This document shows positions 47,971 to 58,311 of a DNA stretch of 64,000 nucleotides, piece by piece. The translations under genes and the position numbers were made by a program. The notes below the pieces were generated by a model. That model saw only the letters and a program-made list of their open reading frames with translations. It had not been told where the DNA came from and ran no database searches. Origin of the DNA: Terriglobia bacterium (lineage in GTDB: Bacteria; Acidobacteriota; Terriglobia; 20CM-2-55-15). Numbering within the stretch: position 1 is the stretch's first letter; each line of letters begins with the position of its first letter. The stretch lies in NCBI GenBank assembly GCA_965198225.1, contig CBDAOY010000006.1:832001-896000 (forward strand), given 5' to 3'.

Positions 47971-50769
47971 CTAGAACAATGGTTCCGCGTGGTAAATGAC
48001 GTTGCGGTCGAAGATGTCGATGCCGATGAAGTACAGGCTCCCGTCATCACGGAGGTCGATATCAAAGCTTTGCCAGGGCCAGAAGTAATCACCCTCCGAG
48101 GTAGCCTCCCCGGTTCGATATACCGTGCGGAGCGATCCATCGGATGCGCGGAGCGTGACCTCGGTTCCGCCGTTCGTGTTCAGGACGAATGCGATGTCGC
48201 CGCGACTGTTTGCGTCGAAATTCCGATCGACCCAGAATATCTCCGCGCCGTTCGGCATGGCATCGCCGGTCCGGATGATGGTCTGCCACTGCTGGCTGAC
48301 GTACTCGGCCAGGACTGCTCCTCCCGTCTCCATTCCTAACAGCGCGAAGAACCGGCCCCCGACGGCGCGGACACCGTCGACCCAGCCTACGGTCCCCCCG
48401 CCGACCTGAGTTTCGCCAAACAAGGCGGCCGTTTGCCACTGACCGTTCTCATGTACGAAGACTCCGTCGGAACCGTCTCGCACGCTGGCGACGACCATGA
48501 CGCGGCCGTTCTCATCAAGAGCGATCGCGCTGGCGCGTCCTCCCCCCGATATCAGGTAGTCGAACACACCGCCGGACGGGGCCTCGGTTTGGTCCTCTCC
48601 TCCGAAGCTGGCGAGCATCGAGAGCTTCCCGTTCTGGATGGAGACCAGCCGGCTCTGCTCATCCGACCACGCGCGCCAGACCAAAGTACCCGCGTCGTTG
48701 GCGGCCAGGTAGTTGGAACCGTCGAACCAGCTCTCGGTCCAATAGAGGTTGAAAGTCCTGAACAGGTCTAGGGTGAATTCGGACGGATACTGGACGACTG
48801 TTTCCATCGAGGGCTGGTTGCGGAACACACCGGATCCCGCGGCCAGATAAAGGTCGCCTCGCGGGCTGCGGACCGCGCTGTTCAGGTTTCCGCCGACCGT
48901 CGCATCCCCGGTCTTCCACACGGGAATCAGATCCGACGACGACACTTCGAAGATACTCGTCGGATCTCCACCGGCATACACGTAGGGTGAGCCCGACAGA
49001 GCTCCGGGAACGAATCCCAGAAAGTTCAGGTTGGCCCGCAGATTGAACCGGTCACCGCCTTTGAACAGGACGCGGTTCGATCCCGTCTCGACGACGATGA
49101 AGCCGTTCAACGTCGTGCTGACGGCGGCGTAGACCGTGCCGCTGGCGGTGACGATCGCATCACGGAAATCGCGGACCCTCCCCCCTTCGACTCCGTCGTC
49201 CCACACGATGAGGGAGCTGGTCGAATCGCCGCTCCAAAGTATGAAACCCCAGCCAGCGCCCACGCTACCGTTGAAAACGACCTGGCCACGGTCGTTGACC
49301 GAGGTGACGCGATCGAAACCTTCGGTCGGGAGCATCGTCAGGTTCCCCGTCGTGTCGTAGCGGGCCGGCCCGCTCACTCCGTTGTCCAGATCCACCCTGA
49401 AGGCCAGAGTGCCGTTCGGTGCGATCGCAAGATCGCTGATCCGCCCGACTGTTGACCCGGCGAGGGAATCTCCCGACATCAATACCTTCCGGGGCGCAGA
49501 CAATCCATCGGCTCGATAGATGGCCCGCGTCGAATCCCTCCGGACCATGAAATAGGCGACCCCGTTGGCGTCGACGCCCAGGTCGTAGTCGATATCGTAG
49601 CCGTCGGGAAATTCGGGCAGTGGGAGAGTGACTCCCCATACGACGCGCAGCTCTCCGTTGGCAAGCTTGAAGATCCCGTCACGATCCCACGGTCCTCCCG
49701 GCTGGTCGTAGGTGCCTCGAAAAACGATGTCCCCCCGATCGTTGAGCGAGTGCCGCGTGATGGTGAAGTTGCGTATCGCCTGGAAAGTGCCCTGCGTCTG
49801 ACCCTCTGCAAGGACGACGGAGCTGCCCGTAGAAGAGGCCAGGATCAGGCTCGAGTAGTTACCGCGCGTGTTAGCCTTCGACAAAACCCGGCCGCTGCTG
49901 TCGATCGCCGCTCCCTCAAACCCCCAGACGATGCTCTTGGTGAAGACTCCCGGAGTGCCGGCCGAGGCGAGCAGGTCCATCCTTCCGTTGTCGTAGAGCA
50001 TCAGGCCGCTCGACACACCGTCGAGAGGCGCGATGACCACCAACTGTCCGGCATCGTTCGCAGCCAGGTTTGGATAATCGTTGGGAAGGAACTCGAAAGC
50101 CCGGTCGACGGGATCGGTCGCCAACAGTCGAGTCAGTCGGAATTCCTGACGGCGTCGAACCTGCACTTCGCGCGAGGTGACCAGACGCTCGACCTGCCCC
50201 CCTCTCGACCCCCAGAAATTCAGCGTCGCCCTAACCGTAACGCGACCGGCGGCCTCGGTGTAAAGGAGTCCGTTGTCGCTGATGTAGGCCGTGTTCGTGT
50301 AGAAGCCGTTCGGGCCGGCCACGTCCCATTCAAAGTCGGTACCCGGAATCTCGGAGCCGTCGATGTCGATCGCCGCCGCTGTGAACTGGAGGTTGTCGCC
50401 GGCGAACGCCTCCGCCGAACCTCCCCGGATCTCGACACGCGCCGGCAGAACCTGAACGGTCATCGAAGTCCATGCTCCGTCCATCGTGGCCCATATATCA
50501 GCCGTGCCGATACCTCTTGCCGTCACTACGCCCGATCGATCGACGGTCGCGATGCCCTCGTCGGAAGAGCCCCACTCGAATCCTTCGGAGCGGGTCGCCC
50601 CGTTCTCATCGCGGGCTACTGCAACCAGTGGCATCTGCTGTCCCGAAATCATCGATGACCGGGCGGCGCTGACCACGATGCGGCGCGCAGAAAACTGGGC
50701 ATGGCCGGCGACCGCCATTGCCAGGACCAGGGTCACAGCGATTCCGAAGTGTGAGGGGCCAGGTCTCAA
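47971..50769 (-). CDS. Large secreted protein with Ig-like (Big_2-type) domains and NxxGxxxF-type beta repeats
   Basis: Signal peptide, WGSSDEGIATVDRSGVVTA, and repeated NDAGQ/NDRGD/NDRGQ/NSRGD motifs. The TTG start overlaps the DUF1501 stop. Confidence 0.7.
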   Translation of the reverse strand: MRPGPSHFGIAVTLVLAMAVAGHAQFSARRIVVSAARSSMISGQQMPLVAVARDENGATRSEGFEWGSSDEGIATVDRSGVVTARGIGTADIWATMDGAWTSMTVQVLPARVEIRGGSAEAFAGDNLQFTAAAIDIDGSEIPGTDFEWDVAGPNGFYTNTAYISDNGLLYTEAAGRVTVRATLNFWGSRGGQVERLVTSREVQVRRRQEFRLTRLLATDPVDRAFEFLPNDYPNLAANDAGQLVVIAPLDGVSSGLMLYDNGRMDLLASAGTPGVFTKSIVWGFEGAAIDSSGRVLSKANTRGNYSSLILASSTGSSVVLAEGQTQGTFQAIRNFTITRHSLNDRGDIVFRGTYDQPGGPWDRDGIFKLANGELRVVWGVTLPLPEFPDGYDIDYDLGVDANGVAYFMVRRDSTRAIYRADGLSAPRKVLMSGDSLAGSTVGRISDLAIAPNGTLAFRVDLDNGVSGPARYDTTGNLTMLPTEGFDRVTSVNDRGQVVFNGSVGAGWGFILWSGDSTSSLIVWDDGVEGGRVRDFRDAIVTASGTVYAAVSTTLNGFIVVETGSNRVLFKGGDRFNLRANLNFLGFVPGALSGSPYVYAGGDPTSIFEVSSSDLIPVWKTGDATVGGNLNSAVRSPRGDLYLAAGSGVFRNQPSMETVVQYPSEFTLDLFRTFNLYWTESWFDGSNYLAANDAGTLVWRAWSDEQSRLVSIQNGKLSMLASFGGEDQTEAPSGGVFDYLISGGGRASAIALDENGRVMVVASVRDGSDGVFVHENGQWQTAALFGETQVGGGTVGWVDGVRAVGGRFFALLGMETGGAVLAEYVSQQWQTIIRTGDAMPNGAEIFWVDRNFDANSRGDIAFVLNTNGGTEVTLRASDGSLRTVYRTGEATSEGDYFWPWQSFDIDLRDDGSLYFIGIDIFDRNVIYHAEPLF

Positions 50770-52106
50770 CGAAACACCTCGTCGATGGTCGTGTAAAGCC
50801 CGGACAGCCCGCCGGGAACATACTCGAACTTGCGTCCGGACGGCGTATCCAGGATGCTCTTCGTCCAGTCGATTCCCAGGACCGAGTAAATCGTTGCGGC
50901 GATGTCTTCCATCACGATCGGCCGCGCACCAGCCCATCCCGGGTCGACCACGAAAGCGCCGTTGGGATCGGTCGCCCCGATGACTCGGTTGCCCGCGACA
51001 CCGCCACCCATCAGAGCGACACTCATGGCGTCCTTGTGATGGTCCCTTCCTCCCTGCAGGTTCAACCCACCGGGAGTTCGTCCAAACTCGCCCATCATGA
51101 CGATCAGCGTCTGGTCGAAGTCACCGGACAACTTGAGATCCTCGACCAGCGAACCGATGGCGCTGTCCAGTTCGTTGGAGAGCGAGTACATGTTGGGGTT
51201 GTTGTTGCGGTTGAACATTTGCTGATGGGTGTCCCAGCCCGAGTGGGTCAGCCCGATGAACACGCTGCCGTTGCCGGCCCGAACGGCGTTGCGCGCGACG
51301 CGAGCTGCTCGTCCCAGAGATGTGTCCCCGTAACGGGTAGTCTCGTCGTCGGACAGACGGAACACGGATGCAATCGACTCGTTGAACATCATTTGTTTGG
51401 CGGAAGCGTAGTGGGCGGCGTGGGCGGCCATCCCTTGATCCAGCGGCGCCGTCCGCAGCCTGTCGTCGAGACGCTCGAGCAGGCTGTAACGCTCGTCGAA
51501 TCGTTGCTCGCTGTCTGTGCCGAAGTAGTCGTGTTGGATCACCGACAACCCGCTGCCCTCGGTCGGAGCGGCCAGTGGGGCGACCGATCCGCCAAGGAAC
51601 GTCGAGCCCTGAATCGTTCCGCCCTGATTCAGGGACAGGAATGGAGGCATCGGTCCGCTGCCCGCAAGCTCGGTCGCGACGACCGCGCCGACGTGTGGCG
51701 TCTCTGCCTGAAATGCCGGATTGGACGGGTGAGCCGTCTGCATGTAGAAGACCCCGCGGTCGTGGATGGCCTCCCAGCTTCTGACCGAACGAAGGATGCA
51801 CAGGTCGTCTGTGAGCGTGGAAAGCTTCGGGAACAGCGTATTGGAGAGCGCAATGTTGCCGTGTTGCTGGATGTCGGCGTCTGCAGGGTTCCAGGCCGCG
51901 TCTTTGACGTCGAACGTGTCGAGCTGTGATGGCGCCCCGTTCAAGTAAACGAAGATGCACGAGCGGGCCGTGCCGCGCACCTGAGGGCTCCCGCTGATCA
52001 CCTGGGCGTTGCCGCTGCGCGTAATCGCCATATAGGCCGCCGCCGTGGCCGCCTGCTTCAGCCACTCCCGTCGCGAAGTCTTCTTACAGCTAGGACAATT
52101 CTTCAT
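50766..52106 (-). CDS. DUF1501 family protein (Tat signal)
   Basis: SRREWL, GAPSQLDTFD, GWDTH, GEFGRTP and GRDH motifs. Confidence 0.9.
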   Translation of the reverse strand: MKNCPSCKKTSRREWLKQAATAAAYMAITRSGNAQVISGSPQVRGTARSCIFVYLNGAPSQLDTFDVKDAAWNPADADIQQHGNIALSNTLFPKLSTLTDDLCILRSVRSWEAIHDRGVFYMQTAHPSNPAFQAETPHVGAVVATELAGSGPMPPFLSLNQGGTIQGSTFLGGSVAPLAAPTEGSGLSVIQHDYFGTDSEQRFDERYSLLERLDDRLRTAPLDQGMAAHAAHYASAKQMMFNESIASVFRLSDDETTRYGDTSLGRAARVARNAVRAGNGSVFIGLTHSGWDTHQQMFNRNNNPNMYSLSNELDSAIGSLVEDLKLSGDFDQTLIVMMGEFGRTPGGLNLQGGRDHHKDAMSVALMGGGVAGNRVIGATDPNGAFVVDPGWAGARPIVMEDIAATIYSVLGIDWTKSILDTPSGRKFEYVPGGLSGLYTTIDEVFR

Positions 52107-52181
52107 CTTCTTCGATCAGCGTCGGCCCACGCACTAACAACGGCCTACGGACAACGGCCTACGTCAACTACTGATCGAAGA

Positions 52182-54067
52182 TCAGTAGTTGAATATAAAG
52201 TCCAGCTTGTTCAGCAGCGCCCACTGGCAGTCGGCCAGCCACAGTTCGTAGTCCGTCCCCTTCGTGCTGAGCAGGACCTCGAATTCTTCATCCGTTGCCC
52301 ATCGCCCGAGAGTCGCGAGGAACAACCGGTCGATTGCTTCGCGATCACCGAGGCCCGCTTGAGCGACCCGCGTCACATGCGTCAGCACTCCGCGGTCTCC
52401 AAATGCACGCGAGTTGATCATGTCGTCGTTCATCATCAACAAGGTCTGCAGGACATTCGAATCGAGTGTCGGCGGCGTCTGCCACCAATCTCCCCGGCCG
52501 AGCTTGTTCAGGAAATCCATGACTCTGTAGTTGCTCCGAGGTTCGGTCGGGTCCGGCAACTGCATCGCGTAGTAAAGCGGCTGGTCGAAGCCGTTTACGT
52601 ACATCGGGGCGACGGTCATCGTGGCGGTGGTCAAGGCGTCGTAGATCTCCTCCGGTTTCAGCCGGCGCGGCGTGTGCTTGGCGAAGTAGAGCTGGTATTC
52701 CGCTTGCCAGTTGCCCGGATAGCTTCCAGAGAGCTGGTAGGCCCGCGATTGCGCGATCAGGCGGATGACGCTCCGGATGCTGTAGTCGCTCCGGATGAAC
52801 TCGTCGGCGAGCGCTTCGATCAGTTCCGGGTGAGTCGGTTGCAGCGTCCAGGGTGCAGGTGGTGGATTGTCGGGATCGATTCGCGCCAGATCCCAGCCAT
52901 CGACCGGGTCGACGATTCCACTCCGGAAGAAATGTGCCCAGATGTAGTTGACGGTCGCCCGTGCAAACTGTCGATCCGATGTGACGATCCGACCCAGGGC
53001 CCATCGCCAGTTTTCCGACTGCGGCTCTTCACCGGTGAACATGTATTCCGGCGTGTGTGCGGCACCGGTGCGAAACGGTCGCGGCCCCGGATTCCCCGGA
53101 TCGACCACGCCCGTGTAGGCGCCGGTCGAACGATTGTTGACAATGAAGTGGGATTGCTCCTCGAAGGCATCGGCCGGTAACTGGATCAGGTTCGTCCGTG
53201 CCAGGAAGGCCGACAACCCCCAGAACTCTTCCCTCCGTCGTTCCGACAGGTAAAGGTTGATCTCTTCCAGGTGGTTCGCGCCGTCGTGACAAGAAACGCA
53301 TTCGGTGCGGACGCCGAGAAACTTCGAGGTGATCCGATCAGCCAGGACATCCCAGGTGTCCTGGACGGGATCGCCTTCCTGGACCGCGCGGACAAGGAAA
53401 TTGAGCGATGCCTGCTCATGGGAATCTCCGTTCGACGCGATCATTTCCATCACCAGGTCGGCATAGGAGCGATCCCGGGATACGAAATCCCGCAGGTAGT
53501 GGTGGAAGAGATTCCTTCCTGGGATTCCGATGAAGTAGTAGTAATTGCTGGTGACCTCAAAATGGTTCGCGAAGAAGGCGGTCCAGTAATCGACGAACGC
53601 CTCGGAAGCGTGAGCGGACGGTGGAAGGCCGATCGGCCCGACCACTTTCGACTCTACAATTGCTGGTGACCTAATTCGTCGATCAGCTTGTTTCGTTTCG
53701 CCGGGTCGGGGTCGGCGACGAAACTCTGAATTCGTTCGATCGACGGAATCCGCCCCGCCAGGTCCAGCGACAGCCGCCGCAGGATTTCCACGTCCGTTGC
53801 GGCTGGTGCCGGCTCGATGCCGTCATCCGCCATCTTGCTGAAGATGTGAGTGTCGATCACGTTGCCCGACGCGGTATCGACGTTCCTGGGCGCCGACCAG
53901 GTGACCCGCGGCTGTACCAGCTTCATCGACATCGCCTGTGTGGATTGCTCCAGCTGGAGACGGGCTTCGAGGACGCGGCGCTGTGGTTTCGGATAGGCCG
54001 GACAATAGGGGTCGTCGCCGCCCGCAAGGGTGGTCAGAAGCGCAACGATGATGGGTAAGCGCAACAT
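52182..54067 (-). pseudogene. DUF1549/DUF1553 protein split at about 53610-53672 by a group II intron D6 fragment
   Basis: The N-part has RRLSLDLAGRIP...RNKLIDEL and the C-part has ASEAFVDYW, FLGVRTECVSCHD, VNYIWAHFFRSGIV and WALLN. The two are in different frames with a stop inside the insert. Confidence 0.85.
53611..53657 (+). repeat. 47-nt copy of the 3' end (D6) of ORF-less intron 3
   Basis: TGAGCGGACGGTGGAAGGCCGATCGGCCCGACCACTTTCGACTCTAC matches 9928-9975 except for one G. Confidence 0.9.
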
Positions 54068-54333
54068 TATAAGTTGTCTATCTGGTTCGGCTTACGGGCT
54101 GTCTCTTGCCGTTCCACGGCACCAGGGAGTCGCCTCCTACGACTAAAAGGGCGGATACAGTGTCCCCATTGTCACACGGGGCCATTAATTGTCTATTCGG
54201 TAATTCGAGAGAGGCGCCTTAGGGTATTCTCGGATTTTTCTTGTGCGCTCAGCAGTTTACACGACGACTAGGCACACGAGGAGAGTCGGAGCGCCGCCCT
54301 GCTGCCGCGCCGCTGAACGTCACGGAGGAAGCG

Positions 54334-54759
54334 TTAGGGAACTCGTGTGGCTGTGAATTCGGCGGGCGCTCGCAAGCCACGCCCACGACCGCGGCCACCA
54401 CCGCCGCCTCGGCCTCCGCCACGACCGCGACCGCCCTGGAACGTGCGAGTCATTTTGAGCTCATCGCCTTCGAGCAAGCCAGTGAACGTAAAGGTCCGCG
54501 TTCCACCTCTCGCCTCGAAAGACTGTTTGAATTCAATCCTGTTTCCGTCGACCTTTCCATCGATGATCTCAGACTTTCCCGTGAATTCACTCTCGACCGT
54601 GCCGCTCAGGTTCTCACTGTCGAGGGCGAATTCAAACGCTATCATCATCTCGCCGCCGGGGCCGGGAGCCGTTCCTTCCCACTTGCCTGACACATCCTGG
54701 GCCGCTGCGGGCAGAGCGATCAAAACGACCACCGCCAGAGCCATTAGCCTGATTCTCAT
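54334..54759 (-). CDS. Small secreted beta-rich protein with Gly/Arg-rich insert
   Basis: Signal peptide, DVSGKW, GKVDGNRIEF and GGRGRGGGRGG. Confidence 0.75.
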   Translation of the reverse strand: MRIRLMALAVVVLIALPAAAQDVSGKWEGTAPGPGGEMMIAFEFALDSENLSGTVESEFTGKSEIIDGKVDGNRIEFKQSFEARGGTRTFTFTGLLEGDELKMTRTFQGGRGRGGGRGGGGGRGRGRGLRAPAEFTATRVP

Positions 54760-54911
54760 TGATATGTCCCCTTTTATGTTTGTCGCGACCTACTCGCGTC
54801 GCCGTTCAGAAACCGCCGAAGCGGGCTTCATTTCTTGACTACGTCTCGAGGACACTCAAAGTTACGGACTCCTCCCCTTCACTATCGAAAAAGATGCTGA
54901 TTTAACAAGAG

Positions 54912-55511
54912 TTAACCTGGGCCTTCCGAAGGCGTTCCGGCATTCTCGGTAAGCGTTTCCAATTCCTCTCCCGACGGTGTCACGACAATGAGCCTGATGG
55001 ACCCGGCATCGTCCTCCTCAAGCCTTCGAAACCGCACCAGTTGGTAGCCCTTGCCGGTCGGCTCGACGGTGACCGTGTAGACGTTGGATTCGCGGACCAC
55101 CGTCAGGACCTCGTGGTTGAACACCCAGAGTTCGAGAAACAGGTCATCCTCGATCTGCCGTCGCCAGTCCGCGTCGTTGCAGTGGCGGGTCTCGTCCGGC
55201 GCTGCCCAGGCGCCGGACAGATCATAGACTTCGAGTTCGCCATCCGAACCGTGTCCCTGGTAGAAGATGAAGTCGCGCACCCACCAAATACTCTCCAGGA
55301 TCGCCTGGTCGCGGTATCGGCGGTTTCTGGCGAATCGCCTCTCCTGCCGCTCTCCCGACGGTCTTTCCCAGAGTTTGGATTCCTCGCATACGAAGACCTC
55401 GAGCTTTTCTCCGTCCTGCGCCTGGGAGAACTTCGCGGCGACGTGGACTATCAGGAAGGCGGACAGTGCGACCACCGCAGCCGCCGACACGAGTCGTCGA
55501 TTTACTTTCAT
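54912..55511 (-). CDS. Hypothetical exported protein
   Basis: Hydrophobic N-terminus after MKVNRR; no recognisable motif. Confidence 0.5.
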   Translation of the reverse strand: MKVNRRLVSAAAVVALSAFLIVHVAAKFSQAQDGEKLEVFVCEESKLWERPSGERQERRFARNRRYRDQAILESIWWVRDFIFYQGHGSDGELEVYDLSGAWAAPDETRHCNDADWRRQIEDDLFLELWVFNHEVLTVVRESNVYTVTVEPTGKGYQLVRFRRLEEDDAGSIRLIVVTPSGEELETLTENAGTPSEGPG

Positions 55512-55937
55512 CGTCGAGCCCCTCTTCAGGATGCTACGGGCTGTTATTATCCACACTGCCACTTTTGTATATTGATAGACATCAGTCGGCACAATGAGGT
55601 TCGAACGAGGAGCAGATTTCGATGAAATTCCAGACCACCGTCCGGACCCAAGACCTGAGCCGCGTCCTGGATTGCGGAGGGGCACGGATCGTTGTCGACG
55701 CTGGCGAAGATGCCCTGGAACAGGATACGTGACGAGAGCCCCGCAGCGCCGGGAATCCGCGCCCGAGGAGACTGACTTCGCTGGCGGGGAAAAAGCAGCT
55801 CAAAGAGAATCGAAGGTCCGGGATCGACCCCGGCTTTTTGACTTCGGGAGTCATCTCAAAAACTCAGCCATCGCCCTGTGAGCCCGCTGGCGTGACGCAT
55901 ACAGGTCGAGGTGGTGCCATCAGGAGACCGCTGGACC

Positions 55938-57401
55938 ATGGACTTCACACTCACTTCTCATCGAACTCGGCCTCGGTCGAAGAACCTGACCCCAGCGCGA
56001 GGATTCCACCAGCACACTGCATGTGCTCTCGTGCTGTTGCTTCTGGTTCCTACCGTGTCGATGGGCCAGGCGGGCGATCCCGAGATCCAGTCCCTCCGGG
56101 AGGAGGTCCGGCAACTGCGTGCCGAGCTGGCAGCGCTACGGGCGGAGGTGCGATCAGCCGGCGTTTCCGAGCCATCCGGCCTGGGGGCTTCTCGAGGGCA
56201 GGCCTACCCCACCGCAGCTATCGCGGACGCGGCCCCTGTCGGGCAGGCCGGTTTTGCGGCGGACGAGTTGCTGCCGCTGCTGCAGGCGCAGGTCGATGAG
56301 CACGCCCAGACCAAGGTCGAGTCCAACTCCCGGATGCCGGTTCGGCTTTTCGGGACGATCCTGTCCAATACCTTCTTTAATTCCGGGGAAGCAAACTGGC
56401 TGGACGTGCCGAATGTGGTGCCCTCGAACGAGGGCCTGGCGTCCACGGGGTCTTTCAGTTCCACTTTGAGGCAGAGCCGCCTCGGGGCCATCATCGACGG
56501 TCCCGACGTTGGTGGTTTCAGCACGGGTGGCTTCTTTGCCATGGATTTCTTCGGCGGTGTTCCCAGCTTCAAGACCGGTCAGACCATGGGGGTGCCTCGG
56601 CTGCTGTACGGGTTCATGCGTTTGGAGAACGAGAATACTGCCATCCAGATCGGGCAGGATCTGATGATCCTTGCTCCCCAGAACCCGACGTCGCTGGCTG
56701 CCTTTTCGTTCCCGAACCTGTTCTATTCGGGAAACCTGTATCTGCGGGCTCCTCAGGCGCGCGTGGAACGAACTTTTCAGTCGGGACGCGACGATCAACT
56801 TCAATTGCAGCTCGGGATCATAGCCCCGATCAGCGGAGACCTCCCGACCGATTCCTTCACCTTCGTCCCACCGAACCTCCCCGGAGAGCGGTCCCGGCGA
56901 CCGGGGGTTCAGGGGCGCCTGGCCTGGAGGCGGGAAGGGCTGATTCCTGGTGAGCCGGTGCTGGAGATCGCCGCCTCCGGGCACTACGGGACCGAACGAA
57001 GAGACAACGGAGATCTTTCGAGTTGGGTCGGAGCGGTCGATTTCATGGCGATGGGCGAGCTGTTCGGAGCTAAGGGAGAAGTCTGGGTCGGCCAGAACAT
57101 CGACGCGTTCGGGGCATCCGTGGGGCAGCTTGCCAAATCGCGGGGCGGCTTCTTCGAAGGAAAGTTCAGACCGAACGAGCAACTGGAGTTCAACGGCGGG
57201 TTTGGAATCGACAGCCTCTTCGATCGGGTCGCCTTCCCGGCAGCGTTGGAGGACAACCGGACGTTCTTTGCGAATACGATCTACCAGTTCACGCCGGAGT
57301 TCGCCACCTCGCTGGAGTGGCGTCGCCTGTTGACGACCCCGACGGCGCGAAAAAGCCGGACGAACCATCATTTGAACCTCGTCTTCGCTTATAGTTTTTG
57401 A
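55938..57401 (+). CDS. Outer-membrane beta-barrel (DcaP-like porin) with N-terminal coiled coil
   Basis: LREEVRQLRAELAAL coil, RQSRLG, IGQD, amphipathic strands and C-terminal YSF. Confidence 0.7.
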   Translation: MDFTLTSHRTRPRSKNLTPARGFHQHTACALVLLLLVPTVSMGQAGDPEIQSLREEVRQLRAELAALRAEVRSAGVSEPSGLGASRGQAYPTAAIADAAPVGQAGFAADELLPLLQAQVDEHAQTKVESNSRMPVRLFGTILSNTFFNSGEANWLDVPNVVPSNEGLASTGSFSSTLRQSRLGAIIDGPDVGGFSTGGFFAMDFFGGVPSFKTGQTMGVPRLLYGFMRLENENTAIQIGQDLMILAPQNPTSLAAFSFPNLFYSGNLYLRAPQARVERTFQSGRDDQLQLQLGIIAPISGDLPTDSFTFVPPNLPGERSRRPGVQGRLAWRREGLIPGEPVLEIAASGHYGTERRDNGDLSSWVGAVDFMAMGELFGAKGEVWVGQNIDAFGASVGQLAKSRGGFFEGKFRPNEQLEFNGGFGIDSLFDRVAFPAALEDNRTFFANTIYQFTPEFATSLEWRRLLTTPTARKSRTNHHLNLVFAYSF

Positions 57402-57403
57402 AG

Positions 57404-58072
57404 ATGTCCAGCATACGAAACCTTGTGCTGTTGGTTTGCCTGGCTGGTTCGCCGGCCTGGGCGCAGACGATCTCGGGCCGCGTTTCTATCGAGGGGGCGT
57501 CCGGGGGGGCCGCGTCGGGCGTGATTGTCTATGCCGAGCGCTTGGATGGAGACTTGCCGATCGAAACATCGAGCTTTGCGCTGACACAGCGCAAGAAGCT
57601 CTTCAGTCCGCGCATTCTGGCGATCCCGGCCGGGTCTCGAGTGGATTTTCCCAACGAGGATCTCATCTTCCACAACGTGTTCTCCCTGACGCGGCCCGAG
57701 GCGTTCGACCTCGGTCTGTATCGGGCGGGGGCTTCGAAGTCGCACGTCTTCCGCCAGCCGGGCTTCTACCGGGTTTTCTGCAACATTCACCCTCACATGA
57801 CAGCCGTCGTCCTGGTCCTGCCGACGTCGTTGATCGTCGAAGCGGACCCGTCCGGCAACTTCCGAATGGACCTACCCGCGGGCCGGTACCGCGTCACGGC
57901 ATGGTCGGAACGGTCCGAACCATCCACCGTCGAGATCCAGGTTTCCTCCGGTTCCGCTTCCCTCAACGGGTTGTCTCTGGACGAGTCCGGCTTCGTCGCG
58001 ACACCCCACACAAACAAGCACGGCCGGAAATACCGCCGCCGAGCGTACTCCCCGACACGGGGACCGTTGTAG
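57404..58072 (+). CDS. Secreted cupredoxin-like protein with carboxypeptidase-regulatory-like folds
   Basis: FPNEDLIFHNVFS and FCNIHPHM provide a His/Cys/His/Met type-1 copper-like ligand set. Confidence 0.8.
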   Translation: MSSIRNLVLLVCLAGSPAWAQTISGRVSIEGASGGAASGVIVYAERLDGDLPIETSSFALTQRKKLFSPRILAIPAGSRVDFPNEDLIFHNVFSLTRPEAFDLGLYRAGASKSHVFRQPGFYRVFCNIHPHMTAVVLVLPTSLIVEADPSGNFRMDLPAGRYRVTAWSERSEPSTVEIQVSSGSASLNGLSLDESGFVATPHTNKHGRKYRRRAYSPTRGPL

Positions 58073-58114
58073 TTCGGAGCCACTTCAGTGAGGAGCAACC
58101 TCCCTCGCTGCGGT

Positions 58115-58287
58115 GTAGGTGCGGTCTATGACCGCACATTCTTCGAACCGAAACACTGTGCGCTCATAGAGCGCACCTACACCCGATCCTAGAGTTACGC
58201 TTTTCTCCGGAACCGAGACCTCTTGTGGGGACTCGATGCTGCACATTCTTCGACCCGACACATCGTGCGGTCATAGACCGCACCTAC
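58115..58287. repeat. GTAG-family REP doublet plus a third copy
   Basis: 58115-58137 GTAGGTGCGGTCTATGACCGCAC, 58158-58180 inverted GTGCGCTCATAGAGCGCACCTAC, and 58265-58287. Confidence 0.88.
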
Positions 58288-58311
58288 ACTCGCTGTCCCT
58301 GAATTGGTCGC

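Noticed and set aside
54385-54440. GC-rich trinucleotide-like repeat
   Set aside because: It encodes the Gly/Arg-rich segment of the 54334-54759 protein.
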